64,000 nt of DNA from Octopus sinensis (lineage: Eukaryota). Positions within the stretch are counted from its first letter, which is position 1. Every line of letters starts with the position of its first letter. Below are positions 1 through 12,854 of the stretch, one piece after another. The position numbers and the translations under genes were made by a program. The stretch is from assembly GCF_006345805.1 (NCBI RefSeq), contig NC_043006.1, forward strand, positions 41,292,001 to 41,356,000. The letters are read 5' to 3'. The notes under the pieces were generated by a model. It was not told the origin of the DNA. It ran no database searches and saw nothing but the letters and a program-made list of their open reading frames with translations.

Positions 1-139
1 AAAAAAAACAACAAAAACAACGAACAAACAGAAAACCACCACAACAACAATAGCAATCAATTCTATATAATGATTACTTTCTAGCTAAGAAATACTACAT
101 CATCCACTGTTTATTGATGAGTAACTTACAGAGAGATGC

Positions 140-469
140 TTCATATATATATATATATTATATATATATAGATGTATATATGTGTGTATATATATATTAT
201 ATATATATTATATATATATATATATATATGTGTATATATTTATATATTTATATATATAATGTGTATATATTATATATATGTGTATATATTTATATATATG
301 TGTATATATTTATATATATATGTATATATTTATATATATGTGTATATATTTATATATATATGTATATATTTATATATATATATATATATATTATACATGT
401 GTATATATTTATATATATATATGTATATAAATTTATATATATATATCTATATTTATATATATATCTATA

Positions 470-529
<60 letters not shown>

Positions 530-830
530 TAAAAAGGCATATGCACGCACACATATATCTATATAGCCAATATATATTTACAGACACATACACACACACA
601 CACATCGATATATATATGTTTATATATTTATATATATATGGTGACATATATTTTGCACATATAAGATATTAAAGATATAAATTTATTTATGAAATCCTTG
701 TCTGATATGCATTCATGTATATATATATATATATATATTATATGTATATGTGTATATAAATGTATATATATATATACATTTATATACACATATATATATA
801 TATATGTAAGTATAAATGTATATATTTGTG
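140..830. repeat. (TA)n/(TATG)n compound microsatellite
   Basis: Direct reading; source of the Y/I-rich ORFs 114-672. Confidence 0.95.
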
Positions 831-967
831 TGTTTGAGCATTTATACATGGGTAGATAAATAAAAAGATCCATACAAGCACATATATTCATGCATACATA
901 CACACAAACATACATACATGCATACATACATACACTTATATATACGTACTTCTCTACATGCTGGCAG

Positions 968-1109
968 ACATTCCCATCTAATTACACTGACAGCAACATC
1001 TACAACGAGGCCTACCTCGCGTACATAGTTTTACAGACTTGTGGCATGATACATCTACACATTCTGTATTATATTGCTGTTGCAGCTATTAATGACAGAG
1101 AATCCTCGA
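968..1109 (+). CDS. Candidate internal exon of an unidentified protein (TFPSNYTDSNIYNEAYLAYIVLQTCGMIHLHILYYIAVAAINDRESS)
   Basis: Pyrimidine tract + CAG before 968, open non-repetitive frame with a hydrophobic stretch. GT at 1110 gives phase 1, matching the exon at 3518, but the donor (gtctat) is weak. Confidence 0.3.
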
Positions 1110-2363
1110 GTCTATGTGTTGATTGATTGATTAAGCAGTCACTCCGCTCCTCGACCGACTCTACTCACACAGATACACGAACACATGTACCATTATGTGG
1201 GTATATATTGAATGGTATGTAATATATCCAGGAGTTTAAATTTGTGTATGTTTGTGTGTAGAGGAGGGGAGTGAGAGAAAAAGAGAGAAAGAAAGAAAGA
1301 AACACAAACAACAGTGTATGTGTGTATATGTGTGTGTGTGTATGTGTGTGTGTGTGTGTCGTGGACGTCTAGTACGTTTGATGTATTCTGGAAACAAGAT
1401 GGAAGCCAAAGATTGAAGAGCATCGTGTTAGTGAAATTTATATCATATCGTTATTATTACTTTGAAAATCATATTAATAACATAAAGAACATACAAACAT
1501 GTATGCATTCGTACATACATACATAAATACATACTTTCATACAGACATACATATGAATTTATTTATACATATATATTCATGTATCTATACATGAACGTGT
1601 GTGTGTGTGTGGGCGCGCGCATATATATATAATATATATATATACATACATGCATGTATGTATATCTTTTACTTGTTTCGGTCATTAGACTGTGGCCATG
1701 CTGGGGCACCGCCTTAAATGTATATATATATATATTCTTTTATTCTTCTATTCGTTTTAGCCATGCATTTGCGGTCATGCTGGAGCACTATGGTGATATA
1801 TTTGTATGTATGTATGTATATATATGTATGTGTATATGTGTGTATAAATACTTAATACACACTCGACACTCACACACATACAAACACACATCTATGTATA
1901 TGTGTGCAAGCGGCTGTATTTGTGTACGTCCGTTATTGTGTGCATATGTAAATAAACCTATCGGTCGTCCAAACTTCGAAGTCACAGATGATCCTTTGAA
2001 ATAAATGTTCTACTCTATTTAAGCAGATCCTCTTGTCATTCAATAAATATTTTGCGTTATCAAATGTGTAACTCTACATAAAACATTACCACACTGAAAA
2101 ACTTTCCTGCGTTGGATCTTGAGCCTAACCTGACCCGTGGAATTCATGCTGGTGTACACCCTTGTGGTAATTTACATGCACGTTGAGTGTATTTGGTCTG
2201 TACATGTGAATGTATACGTAACTGGATGGACAAATCCATATATACTTTAGTACGTAGGTGAGTGTCCATATACATTTATGAGACACAGGTATGCAGTTCC
2301 TGACTCTCCTTTGGTGTCCTTATTTGTAACATAATTCGCTTCCGATGGATCCTGCAAATAATT

Positions 2364-2402
<39 letters not shown>

Positions 2403-2405
<3 letters not shown>

Positions 2406-2633
2406 GCTGAGTGATAAGAAGCTTGCTTCCCAACGACGAGGTTTCAGGTTCAGTCCCACTATGTGGCACCTTGAACAAGTGTCTTCTACTATAGCCTCGA
2501 GCCGACCAAAGCCTTGTGAGTGGATTTGGTAGATGGAAACTGAAAAAAGCCTGTCGTATATTTGTATGTATGTATGTATGTATGTATGTATGTATGTATG
2601 TATGTATGTATGTATGTATGTATGTGTGTATGT

Positions 2634-2683
<50 letters not shown>

Positions 2684-2865
2684 ATTCGTTATTTATGTCT
2701 GTGTTTGTCACTCCATCGTTTGACGACCGAAGTTGGTGCGTTTACCACTCCGTAGCTTAGCGGCTCAGCAAAAAATGACCGACAGAATAAGTACTAGGCT
2801 TACAAAGAATAAGTCCTGGGGTTGATTTGTTCGACTAAAGGTGGTGTTCCAGCATTGCCGCAGTC
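2403..2865 (+). mobile_element. tRNA-derived SINE, family A
   Basis: A-box/B-box-like head (tggctgagtgataag...ggttcagtccc), internal (TATG)/(TG) tract, conserved tail shared with copies at 19.9, 42.2, 43.3 and 60.2 kb. Confidence 0.85.
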
Positions 2866-3517
2866 TTATTTTAAATATAGCTGACCAATTGTAGAGATGG
2901 CTGGACATTACGGACAAGTGGTTGGTCCGTAGAATATTTCAGTAAGTACAAAATCCTAAAAACTTTAGGGATTTGTCTTTGGATAAATATTAATTAACTC
3001 TGTGAAATCATAAATTCTATTCTTTTTCTAGACATATTGGCGATTCCTTTTTTACTTAGCACTAGTGTTATTTTACTACTATTCATAGACCCTATCATTA
3101 TTCGAGACGCCCAAGCTCCCAGAAACAGTTGTTCGACTCGTATAACTCTACCCATTTAACTCCTAATATCATTTATATTCTGTAAGTCGGACTATTGTAT
3201 ATCCATACACATGTACCTTTTACCTTTTTTCTCTTAAATGCATTTAATATTCCGTGAAAATCGACTTGCCTAACGTGCTTTGCATTATATTTACTCATAT
3301 ATATATATATAAATTTAAAATAATAAAGGTGAAAAATTGAATATTAATTTGATTAATATCAATTTAAAACCAGTGGTGTAGCATATCGAAAAATCTGAAG
3401 TTTCATATGTATATATATATACATATACATGCATATATATTTTATATATGTATGTGTACATGCAGCAATACATGTAGGCTATTATCCTATATCTCATTAA
3501 TATTTGCCTTGTTCCAG

Positions 3518-3651
3518 CAATACTAAAAATAATTGAGACATTTTATTCTCATCCAGAATTGAAAGATGAATATGACAGCTGGAAAGAAACCATTGTGACA
3601 TCAGCACTAGCGATCCTTCTCTGGCTTTCATCGCAGTGCCACACATTTCCG
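3518..3651 (+). CDS. Probable internal exon of an unidentified protein (ILKIIETFYSHPELKDEYDSWKETIVTSALAILLWLSSQCHTFP)
   Basis: Acceptor tttgccttgttccAG, donor G|GTAAGG, 134 nt open (phase 1 to phase 0), unique non-repeat composition. Confidence 0.5.
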
Positions 3652-4010
3652 GTAAGGGCTGAAGTTCATAGAATCGATATCGGTACATTAGAATTTCTTA
3701 TTTTCTAATTTATCGAAGGGCTGACCTCATCAGTGTCGATTTGTTCAGTTGATAGCAGACGTCACATATTTAGAAATAGAGGAGGCGATTTGATGGGACT
3801 CATTTTATCGACTCTGTTGTAATGTGAGTGTTGGCGTACATTGGTTATTGTCATGTCATAGGAAGTTTTACTAAGTTGAATCTCTTATACTTACATAAGT
3901 GCTTAACAAAAATATGTATACGAATTTTAAATAATTTCTATAGATAACACAATAGATAATAGATACAGTGTGCCTACAACACACTACAAATATCGATTTG
4001 ATTGGAATAG

Positions 4011-4047
<37 letters not shown>

Positions 4048-4069
4048 TTATTCTTATTATTATTATTAT

Positions 4070-4590
4070 GTGAGAGAGCAGTGCATACCATTAACGTGAC
4101 GCTAGGGTACAAATATACCCATCCTGACTACCCGTCTGATAAGAGAACACCAGGCTCAGGCATCACAACGATATGTGTGCGACATGGTGATCTCATATCA
4201 AAATAAACAACGCATAGCCTTGCAGGTGGGGCCCAGTTAGAATTTTTTTTCGGTCGAGTAGTCCATCCCACTCAAAAGGTCTTTGAATAAGGGTTGTTTA
4301 AGGATGTTGAATGAAACACCTGTTTCCAGGGGTGAATTATCCAAACCCTGAAGAATTCCTCTCAACACATGGTTTTGATGCTTCCCCTCTACTTCTGCTC
4401 GTAATCAAAGCTGCATATATTGTCATACATTGTCAACTGGTTATGGTCAAACAACAGCCAAGCAAAATTATGGTATTAAGCAGAATATTCACTGCAGCCC
4501 TTCTTTGATACTGAGACAAAATATGCACATGGTAACACTTCCAATCACTTAAGACCAGAAACCATAAGATCCAGTGCCTGTTATTGCTTC
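4070..4590 (-). mobile_element. Non-coding retroposon-like element with (TAA)n tail; same family as 54361-55420
   Basis: Colinear similarity to the two copies at 54.4-55.4 kb; abuts a (TAT)n tract at its minus-strand 3' end. Confidence 0.7.
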
Positions 4591-4651
4591 TTCTTCTTCT
4601 TCTTCTCTTCTTCTTCTTCTTCTTCTTCTTCTTCTTCTTCTTCTTCTAATG

Positions 4652-4709
<58 letters not shown>

Positions 4710-4710
<1 letters not shown>

Positions 4711-4830
4711 TCAGTACTCATATTTTTTCAAACGTTTTCTCTGCACTTCCGAGTGCAGCTCTGTGTACCTTGGTTATGTGCTGTGGTACTCTTAATTTCA
4801 TTGCATTAAAAGTGTTTTACGTAGGATGCG
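4710..4830 (-). mobile_element. 3' end of an RLE-type (R4/Dong-like) LINE
   Basis: Minus strand reads QHITKVHRAALGSAEKTFEKI*, resembling the QKxALLGTAxILRKVL C-terminus, followed by (TAA)n. Confidence 0.5.
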
Positions 4831-4899
4831 TGCTATTTTCTGTATGTTATATACACTTGTGAGTCCTAGTGTTTTGATTGTGTATCTGTCTGAGTGTTT

Positions 4900-6460
4900 T
4901 TTTTTATCATACTATTATAAAAATTACTTTTACTAAACCGTGCATGCGAAGCGGGTTTGCTGCCTGCAGCCCACGATTCTTTGCCATCTTTCCTTTTCAA
5001 CTATCTAACGCTTTTCTGATTATTCTGTCCGTGCAAAGATAGTTTTGCAATATTTCTACTGGACGCTCATCGCTTTCCTTTATATTCCTCTTGATGCCTT
5101 CAGATATTGTCCCCAAGGACCCAACAATAATTGGTACTATCTTCACCTTCATTTTTCCATAGCCAGACTATTTCGGACTTAAGATGGTTGTATTTATCTT
5201 TTCACCTTCCTTCTTGACTATTCATGGTCCAAAGGGGCATGAATTATCAACTATATAGCACATGTGGTGTGTCTTGTCGATCACCACTAAGTCTAGTGTG
5301 TTATGCTCTAGCACTTGACCTGTTTGGATTGGGAAATCCCAGAGGATTTTGCAAATCTCCAACTCCACCACTCTGCGGTTTGTGCTCATACCACGTCTTG
5401 CCTCTCTCTAGCCCCCACTTTTCGCACAGTTTCCAATGTTGCACTATCGCTACCTCATCGTGTCGCCACAACTTGTAATGGTTTTGAGTCAATTCTAGGA
5501 CACTCTTTTGCGATAGGGGCAATGGTTTCTTCCATTCTATTATAGATGCGGTACAGCAAAGACTTTTGCTCATTCGCAAGGTTGACCTCCAGTTAGTGAC
5601 CAAAACTTTGTCTTGCGCTGCTAGTATAGTGCTTTCAATATCTTTTTTCAGTGTTCCTTTCTTCAGCCAATCTCACCTATTTTTTCCAGCAATTTCTACA
5701 GTGGCTACATGGAATTGATTTTGTAGTCCTTTGTTACGTAATGCTTAGTTATATTCTTTTTGTACTTCTTCCCTAGTTTTTCCGTTTTTTATGCTTTCAA
5801 TACTTCCTCATTCCTAACTGACACTAGCAAGGTCTCCTTACTTTGGGCTAGGTATCTCATTAAGCTGTCGAATTCGATACACAGGCAGTCAGCCACACTT
5901 AGCAGTCTCTTTCCTCCGTTTGTTCTCTTCATGTATAGGCAATTAATATCTGCAAGTGGATGACGGGCTCCATACATCGTTAGGAACTTTATTGTCTTCC
6001 TGTCCAACTTGTTTCACTCCTCATCTGTCCACTTCGGTATTCCAGAGCCATACCAAACTACTACAAATGTGCGCGAGTTTATTGCCAGAATTATGCTTCT
6101 GGCATTCAGCTTTGAAGCCATGCCAAAAATTAGAAAGAATTATTAAATTTTATTTCCTACATCACTCGATATTTCTGACTCGGTTCATTTTGTGAGAGGG
6201 GAGAGCAACCTGTTGTCAAACGTCTCACAGTGTCTCTTTCCATTGGTATTTAGATATTAAGTATCACAGAAAATACTTAACACCCAAGTACCAGTCTTAA
6301 AGCCCTTGCTGTCTCCAACAGAACAGCTTTTTCAGCACGTTCTACCCTCTTGTCAATTTCAATTTCTCCGACATATTTCTCAAACTTGGCTATTAGTGTT
6401 CTTAATGCCCCTACAACTACTGGGACGACAGCTGCATTATCATAAAAGGACTAGGACGAG
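4900..6460 (-). mobile_element. Decayed R4/Dong-like non-LTR retrotransposon (post-RT region, CCHC-flank and RLE domain)
   Basis: ORF pieces ARHPLADINCLYMKRTNGGKRL (HPKADxxRLYxxRxxGGRGL-like) and RHDEVAIVQHWKLCEKWGLERGKTWYEHKP; downstream PD-type RLE remnant ending IRKALDS*. Confidence 0.8.
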
Positions 6461-6499
6461 GAATTATTATCATTATTATTATTATTATTATTATTATTG

Positions 6500-6655
6500 T
6501 CTTTGCACAGCTTCTAATGCTGGAGATGTACTACGGTGTCAGTTGTTCTCTACCAGTGAACTAAGGTAACACCTCTTGTTTTTCGAGCACCATCCGGAGT
6601 ATTCGGGCGGTTCTAAGCAGTGCTGTTTTCTGCAAGTGCTCCTTCCTTGTTCCAT
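6500..6655 (-). mobile_element. 3' end of an R4/Dong-like LINE
   Basis: Minus strand EHLQKTALLRTARILRMVLEKQEVLP*; flanked on both sides by (TAA)n. Confidence 0.7.
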
Positions 6656-6662
6656 ATTATTA

Positions 6663-6699
<37 letters not shown>

Positions 6700-6700
<1 letters not shown>

Positions 6701-7067
6701 TCTCCTTCTTTCTTCAAATTTTCTTCCGTTTCTCGCCGAGTGTTTTCCGTACACCTAGGGCAGAGAAGCTCATTGTATCCATTCCCAGATTACACAGGTA
6801 AAATATGTATTTCAAAATTAATAAATAAATAAATTCATCAATGGATATTTGTTTTCATAGTGATAATGCTCTTCTCAGTACATGAGCCGTTCCAGTTAAT
6901 ACGATTTTTTGCACTTCCTGAAGGGATGGTAAGCCTGGTATCATTTTCAAATAGGTTTCAGTACATTTTTTATCATTCCTGGAGAGCTTACACTCACTGG
7001 TACTGTAGTCGCCTTGAGATACCACATTTTTTCAATTTCTATCAGCAAGTTTTTACATTTACTGATC

Positions 7068-7068
<1 letters not shown>
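6700..7068 (-). mobile_element. 3' end of an R4/Dong-like LINE (another subfamily)
   Basis: Minus strand KNLLIEIEKMWYLKATTVPV...LQEVQKIVLTGTAHVLRRALSL*; flanked by (TAA)n. Confidence 0.75.
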
Positions 7069-7103
<35 letters not shown>

Positions 7104-7132
7104 GTTATTATTATTATTATTATTATTATAAA

Positions 7133-7180
<48 letters not shown>

Positions 7181-7678
7181 GTTCGGGCGAATTTTGATTG
7201 CTATTTATAACATGAAGTGCATACAATTAGCCGGATTGGTTTGATTTAGTACATTGTAAAATACTAAATTCAATTCAATCGATTACAAGCTCCCCTGGGC
7301 ATGTCTAGCATCACATCAATAAATCAAAACAGTCATTGTAGGAATAGTTTTGACCGTATACTATGCATATGTTTGGCTTCTATTTCTAGTTACTCATATT
7401 TTTCATAATTCTCAACTACTTTCTAAGAAATGTTGTGTTTTGAATGTAATGGTATAAGTATTCAACTCCTTAATAACAATATCTAGACGTTTAGTCTTAA
7501 TTTCTCTGCTACGCATTATTAAAATAAAGTGGCATATCTTTTGTTAATTTTAATTTTTATTTTTTTGAAACATTGGAGCAGAAGTAGACTATCAGGATAA
7601 GCACCTTTTGGTATTTCGCTACGAAGCTTTACGTTCTCAGCTCAAATCTCATTGTAGACGACAAAATACGATAAATTA

Positions 7679-7733
7679 CTAGTCGAGGGTTGTAGTCACG
7701 TATACCGACGGCGATCGGTATACGTGACTACAA
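7679..7733 (-). repeat. Perfect 19-bp stem hairpin followed by CTAG-T (Helitron-like 3' terminus candidate)
   Basis: ttgtagtcacgtataccga (7690-7708), loop cggcga, tcggtatacgtgactacaa (7715-7733); CTAG lies 7 nt downstream on the minus strand. The hairpin is certain; the Helitron call is inference. Confidence 0.5.
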
Positions 7734-10079
7734 TGCTTCAGTAGTACAATGCTGATGTACGTTACCTGTCCTGGATGGATCAGTCTGTTACCACACGATG
7801 TAAACCTACGGAATTCTGACGACTACCTAAAGTTCGACCATCCTGATTTTGTCAAAAAAAGTGCTTTGGCTATCTATCCTGGTAAAAGAGAGATATTGTT
7901 TACTTACTTTAGACTTACGCGCTCTATGGAGGAAAAGCCACCGATGATTATGCTCCACAATTCTTGATGCTCGGCTGTCTTTTGTTTCCATCCAGCAAGA
8001 TCCTAATTTCTCTTGTTCTACCGCAGGTATTTTAAGAGCGTCAATAGAATTCCTAAATCTATATCCGAAGTTTCTGGACCGCCACAATCTTATCAAAAAT
8101 TGAATTGAAAATATTTGCCACTTGTGTTGTTTGTTATGTAATTATTGAATTCGTGTCGACTTTTTGTATTGCTAAACGTTTATTGAGCAATAGCATTGTG
8201 CTTTAGCAGTCACATGCTGATCTGTTTCGCGCGCTCAAATTTTGGCTGTTAGTTTTTATATGTTTTCTTATCACTTTTGTATCAATGACTGAAAAACGAT
8301 AAATGAAGAATATAAAACTATCCACTTACAGTGGCGAGAGAAAAAGCCGGGAAATATTCTATCAATACCTATTGACTTTGAAGAGATTACAATTCAGAAT
8401 ACACGACATTTTTTGCGACTTTTTACTGATATTGTCATCATACATCATCTTTTAAATAATATAAACGTGTGAGAAGTGCGGAATACTGGATACCACGTCT
8501 ACTTTATGATCTTAGGCCGAATGATCAGTGCACAACTTGTTCCCATCTACAATAGGAACATAGTGAGAGATGGAATATAGTAACCCTTAGAAACAGTGGA
8601 AGCTGTAACAACTCACTCTTAGCTGACGGAAACGCTTTTTGATGAAATAACAAATTATGCAGTGAAATATTGAAATATTTATGTAATCAGCAGTTTTAAA
8701 GTATCAATTCTCAAATAACACCCATTGGGGACATAGTTGTCTTAGAGCTATTTCATGGAATATGCTGTGCAACTATAGTTCCAGTCAACATATTGACACA
8801 CAGTTACACAATAACCTACACCTGAGAAATCCTCAACGCATTTGCGAGATATGTTAGAAGTAGGAAAAAGAGCTCTTGCTCAAGTCACACACAACTGTTT
8901 TAAATATAAGGACACATTGGATAGTCTGGTTCTGAATGCACAATTTTCCGAGAGAGCCGAATGCACTAACCACCAAGCTACGCGCCTTCACGGGTGTGTT
9001 CATAAAAGTTAAATGTAAGACGATATTTCGCTTACCTACATTTCCTAGCTTAATTAATTTTATAGTTTTATACTTACGTTTGTATAACTATTTTATAACC
9101 TATTTGACCGACTATCCGTATTTTATCGTACTGTATATACATGTATACACACACAAACATACACACACACACACACTTGTGAGTGAATGTCCGTACAGTG
9201 GAGCTGTGGTGTTCAACAGCGTGCAACTGCTAGCACCATAATTCTCCCTGATGCACAGTGGAATCACAGGGTATGAGACAATTTGGCTCAGCCATTTTGA
9301 CGCCGCCCATTTGATACGAGACGCTTCGATGTTTCTCTCGCTTCAATATTTCTTTCGCTTCAATGTTTCTCTCTATCTCTGTTCGTCCGCGATGCTGCTG
9401 GAGACGTCCACCAAAGCCGCCGGCAGCCTCGCGGTGGCCGCCGCCTTCACGCCGCCTTCAGTTCGTGCTCTCTCTCTCTCTCTCTGAGCATCTAGTTATG
9501 TTTTTCTATATGCGTAATATATCTCTGTCTCTTTCTCTCTCTCAGTCTCTCTGTCTCTCTCTTCCCCTCCCTCTCAGTCTCTCTTCCTGCATGTGTATAT
9601 TTTCGTGTGTGTGTGTGTGTGTGTGCACGCACGTGTGTGTGTAGGTGTGTGTGTCTGCCTCCAGTACCGAAACGTACTGTCACCAAAACTGAATGCCCAG
9701 TCAGCCGTGCCGAATTGTCACCGACCAAACTCCCACGCCCAATCGTCACATCTCAAACAACCTAATCTTTATTGAGGCCGTATGCATGACTGTGTTAAAG
9801 AAGTCCGTTTTGAAATTATTCTTGACTACTCGAGCAAATGTCTTCTAACCAAAAATCAGTTCGATCGAACGCTTGTGCAATAGAAATTGCTAGACGGAAA
9901 TCGTGCGAAAGCTTGGCGTATGGACTGGACTTGTTCTTCTATGATAAAGTTAATCCTTCGCTTTGTTTAGCAGCAAGACAGCGGCCTTTGGGTGCGATAG
10001 CTGGATTTCAATCTGTTGCAAGTATTTGGATAAACGTCTCTGGCGTGTGAATAAATCAATATTTGACTACACTGCCTTC

Positions 10080-10880
10080 TACTGCGGCAATCCATAAGTT
10101 GTGGCTCCCTCTTCGCTTTCTCATTCCTTCTTCCTCACCACCATGACCAGCGCCATCACTGCTGCTATTATCCTCACTGCCGCCGCCGCCATTACCACCA
10201 CCACCATTGGGAACTTCATAAAATGTTCAGGGGCGTTTCCCTTGTTTCCAATCACTAAGAAGCAATTTAAAAATTAGAAATAAAGCAAAATAAACAAACA
10301 AACAAACAAACAAACGTTGTGAGTTTTGCTCCTCCTTTTAAGGTTAACAAATAAATTTTAAAAAGTTATCAATAACGTACATATATTTCCCATGCTTCGT
10401 CACGCTTCAACTGATTCTAAATAGAGTAATTTATCCGTGAAAAATCAATATCACCATCGTAATGTTCATCATGGTCATGAACATGATCATTATCCTCCTC
10501 ATCACGACCCCCTACTACCACAACTACCACCATCTTTATTCCTTTCCTAACATCGACATTAACACTACCACCATCTCCACAAACACCAAACCCACCAACA
10601 CCACCGCCGCGGCCGCGCCATTATCATCATCATCATCCTCATCAATACCTCCACCACTATCTGCACCAGTACCACCGCCGACAAATCATTGACACCACCA
10701 CTAACACTATATACTGCCCCGCCTCCTCCTCCACCACCACCACCATCCCCATAATCATCACAACCACCAACGCACCACCACAACCACCGCCACCACCAAG
10801 ATCACCTCCACCGTCAGCAACACACAACCACGACTACCACCAACACCATCATCGTCATCATTAGCAGCAGCAGCAGCTGT
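10080..10880. repeat. Degenerate (CCA/CAC/CAT)n low-complexity tract
   Basis: Direct reading. Confidence 0.8.
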
Positions 10881-11065
10881 GAAGGCGTAATGGCCCAGTG
10901 GTTAGGGCAGCGGACTTGCGCTCGTAAGAACGCGGTTTCAATTCCTAGACCGGGCATTGTGAGTGTTTATTGAGCAAAATCACCAAAGCTCCACGAGTCA
11001 CCGGTGGGTGATGAACGCCACTGTACTCTTTCACCACAACTTTCTCTCACTCTTTCTTCCTACTT
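10881..11065 (+). mobile_element. tRNA-derived SINE, family C (5' part)
   Basis: Head tggcccagtggttagggcagcggact...ggtttcaattcc; matches 29907-30190. Confidence 0.8.
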
Positions 11066-11348
11066 CAGTCACAAAGCAGAGGAACGAAGGTGTAACCCAG
11101 TATGGTGTGTTAAACTTTCAGACCCCAGTCTAGATTACGAATCCTCTGTACCCCGGGATGATTCAGTTCTCCACCCTTTGAAAGCCACCGTTTACGGAAT
11201 GAGGATAACAACGTAGCTTTCGCGCCCGTGCAACCGCCAGTCTATCGCGTGTGGTGCGTGGATCTTCAAGTTGCCACACGCATTCTTAGTAGCTTAGAGT
11301 AGGCTCGAATTGGAGATTATTCTTTGCGGCTAATGGCGTGAGTCCTGA

Positions 11349-11350
<2 letters not shown>

Positions 11351-11379
<29 letters not shown>

Positions 11380-11762
11380 AAGAAGAAGAAGAAGAAGAAG
11401 AAGAAGAAGAAGAAGAAGAAGAAGAAGAAGAAGAAGAAGAAGAAGATGATGATGATGATGATGAAGATGAAGATGATGATGATGAAGAAGATGATGAAGA
11501 TGATGATGATGATGATGATGATGAAGAAGATTATGATGATGATGATGATGATGATGAAGAAGATGATGATGATGATGATGATGAAGAAGATGATGATGAT
11601 GAGATGATGATGATGAAGATGATGAAGATGATGATGAAGATGATGATGATGAAGATGATGATGATGATGATGATGAAGATGAAGATGATGAAGAAGAAGA
11701 AGAAGAAGGAGAAGAAGAAGATGAAGAAGAAGAAGAAGGAGAAGAAGAAGAAGAAGAAGAAG
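11351..11762. repeat. (GAA)n/(GAT)n compound microsatellite
   Basis: Direct reading. Confidence 0.95.
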
Positions 11763-12112
11763 CTGCAACATCACCGGCAGTAGGAAAACTTCAACAAAAC
11801 AACGATACCAAGACCAGCAGAAATATTTATAATAATGATTACAAGAAGAAACGACAACTGCACGGACGATAAGAAGCAATCTAAGCAAAATCATTGAAGA
11901 CGGCAATAAGAGGCAACTTACTACATACTTCACTACATTTCAATATAATTTATCTACACGCTACATATGTACTTTTGCCCTGCTTTGATTCATGCACATA
12001 GCCTTAGGCAAAGAAAAAACACAAGCCTCTACAATTATGAGTATAATATAGATAGGAACAACAGTAACAAGCCGAAATGTGAGGAATCACTTAAACTATA
12101 GAAATAGCAGCC

Positions 12113-12149
<37 letters not shown>

Positions 12150-12184
12150 TATAATATACATATATATATATAATATAAATAATA

Positions 12185-12231
<47 letters not shown>

Positions 12232-12430
12232 CATATATATTATAATATAAATAATATATATATATATATATATATATTTGTTGAAATGGAAAGATGAATT
12301 TTCTTGTTACAGATTATTCAAAAGTTTAACCGATACCTGGGTAGCAAAAATCACAGCAGAAAAAAACACGGTTGGAGATAAGACCATATGGTGTTGCAAC
12401 CGTGCGTTGGTGCGGATAATTGAAGTTTAA

Positions 12431-12760
12431 TATAATTAGTGAATGGAAGAAATGGAGTTGAACGAAGATTGTACAGAATTCCTTTTATTACATTCTACAC
12501 ATGTTTCAAAGGCCACAATTTTCCAAATTCTGATTAAATAAGGATACCATATTGCAGCTTTCTCTTCAGGAAAAACCAGGAATTACGTTCTGTTTTGTTT
12601 TGTTCTGACAACGTAATTCCTGGTTTTTCCTGAAGAGAAAGCTGCAATATGGTATCCTTATTTAATCAGAATTTGGAAAATTGTGGCCTTTGAAACATGT
12701 GTAGAATGTAATAAACGGAATTCTGTACAATCTTCGTTCAACTCCATTTCTTCCATTCAC

Positions 12761-12768
<8 letters not shown>
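12431..12768. repeat. Fold-back element, 159-bp arms with one mismatch, 20-nt loop
   Basis: 12431-12589 is the reverse complement of 12610-12768. Confidence 0.95.
12627..12706 (+). ncRNA. Minimal type I hammerhead ribozyme motif (mirror copy on the minus strand in the left arm)
   Basis: UUC-CUGAAGA-[helix II gaaagc..gccuuu with long loop]-GAAA-C-AUGU-GUA-GAA; helix I 3 bp; helix III ACAUGUGU is self-complementary with wobbles. Confidence 0.55.
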
Positions 12769-12806
<38 letters not shown>

Positions 12807-12815
12807 TATATTATA

Positions 12816-12854
<39 letters not shown>

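Noticed and set aside
114-927. Long Y/I/C/V/H/T-rich ORFs here and at 23.1, 36.8, 45.7, 48.7, 56.6 and 63.0 kb
   Set aside because: Translations of (TA)n, (TG)n and (TATG)n microsatellites.
2085-2165. Exon-like frame KHYHTENFPALDLEPNLTRGIHAGVHPC with a GT donor
   Set aside because: No AG acceptor between the upstream in-frame stop and the frame.
7913-8026. Class C GPCR TM7 call from LGCLLFP
   Set aside because: A single short resemblance; spacing to the upstream NEA-like motif does not fit, and the acceptor/donor usage is ambiguous.
11286-11933. 215-aa and poly-K/M ORFs
   Set aside because: Products of the GAA/GAT triplet tract.
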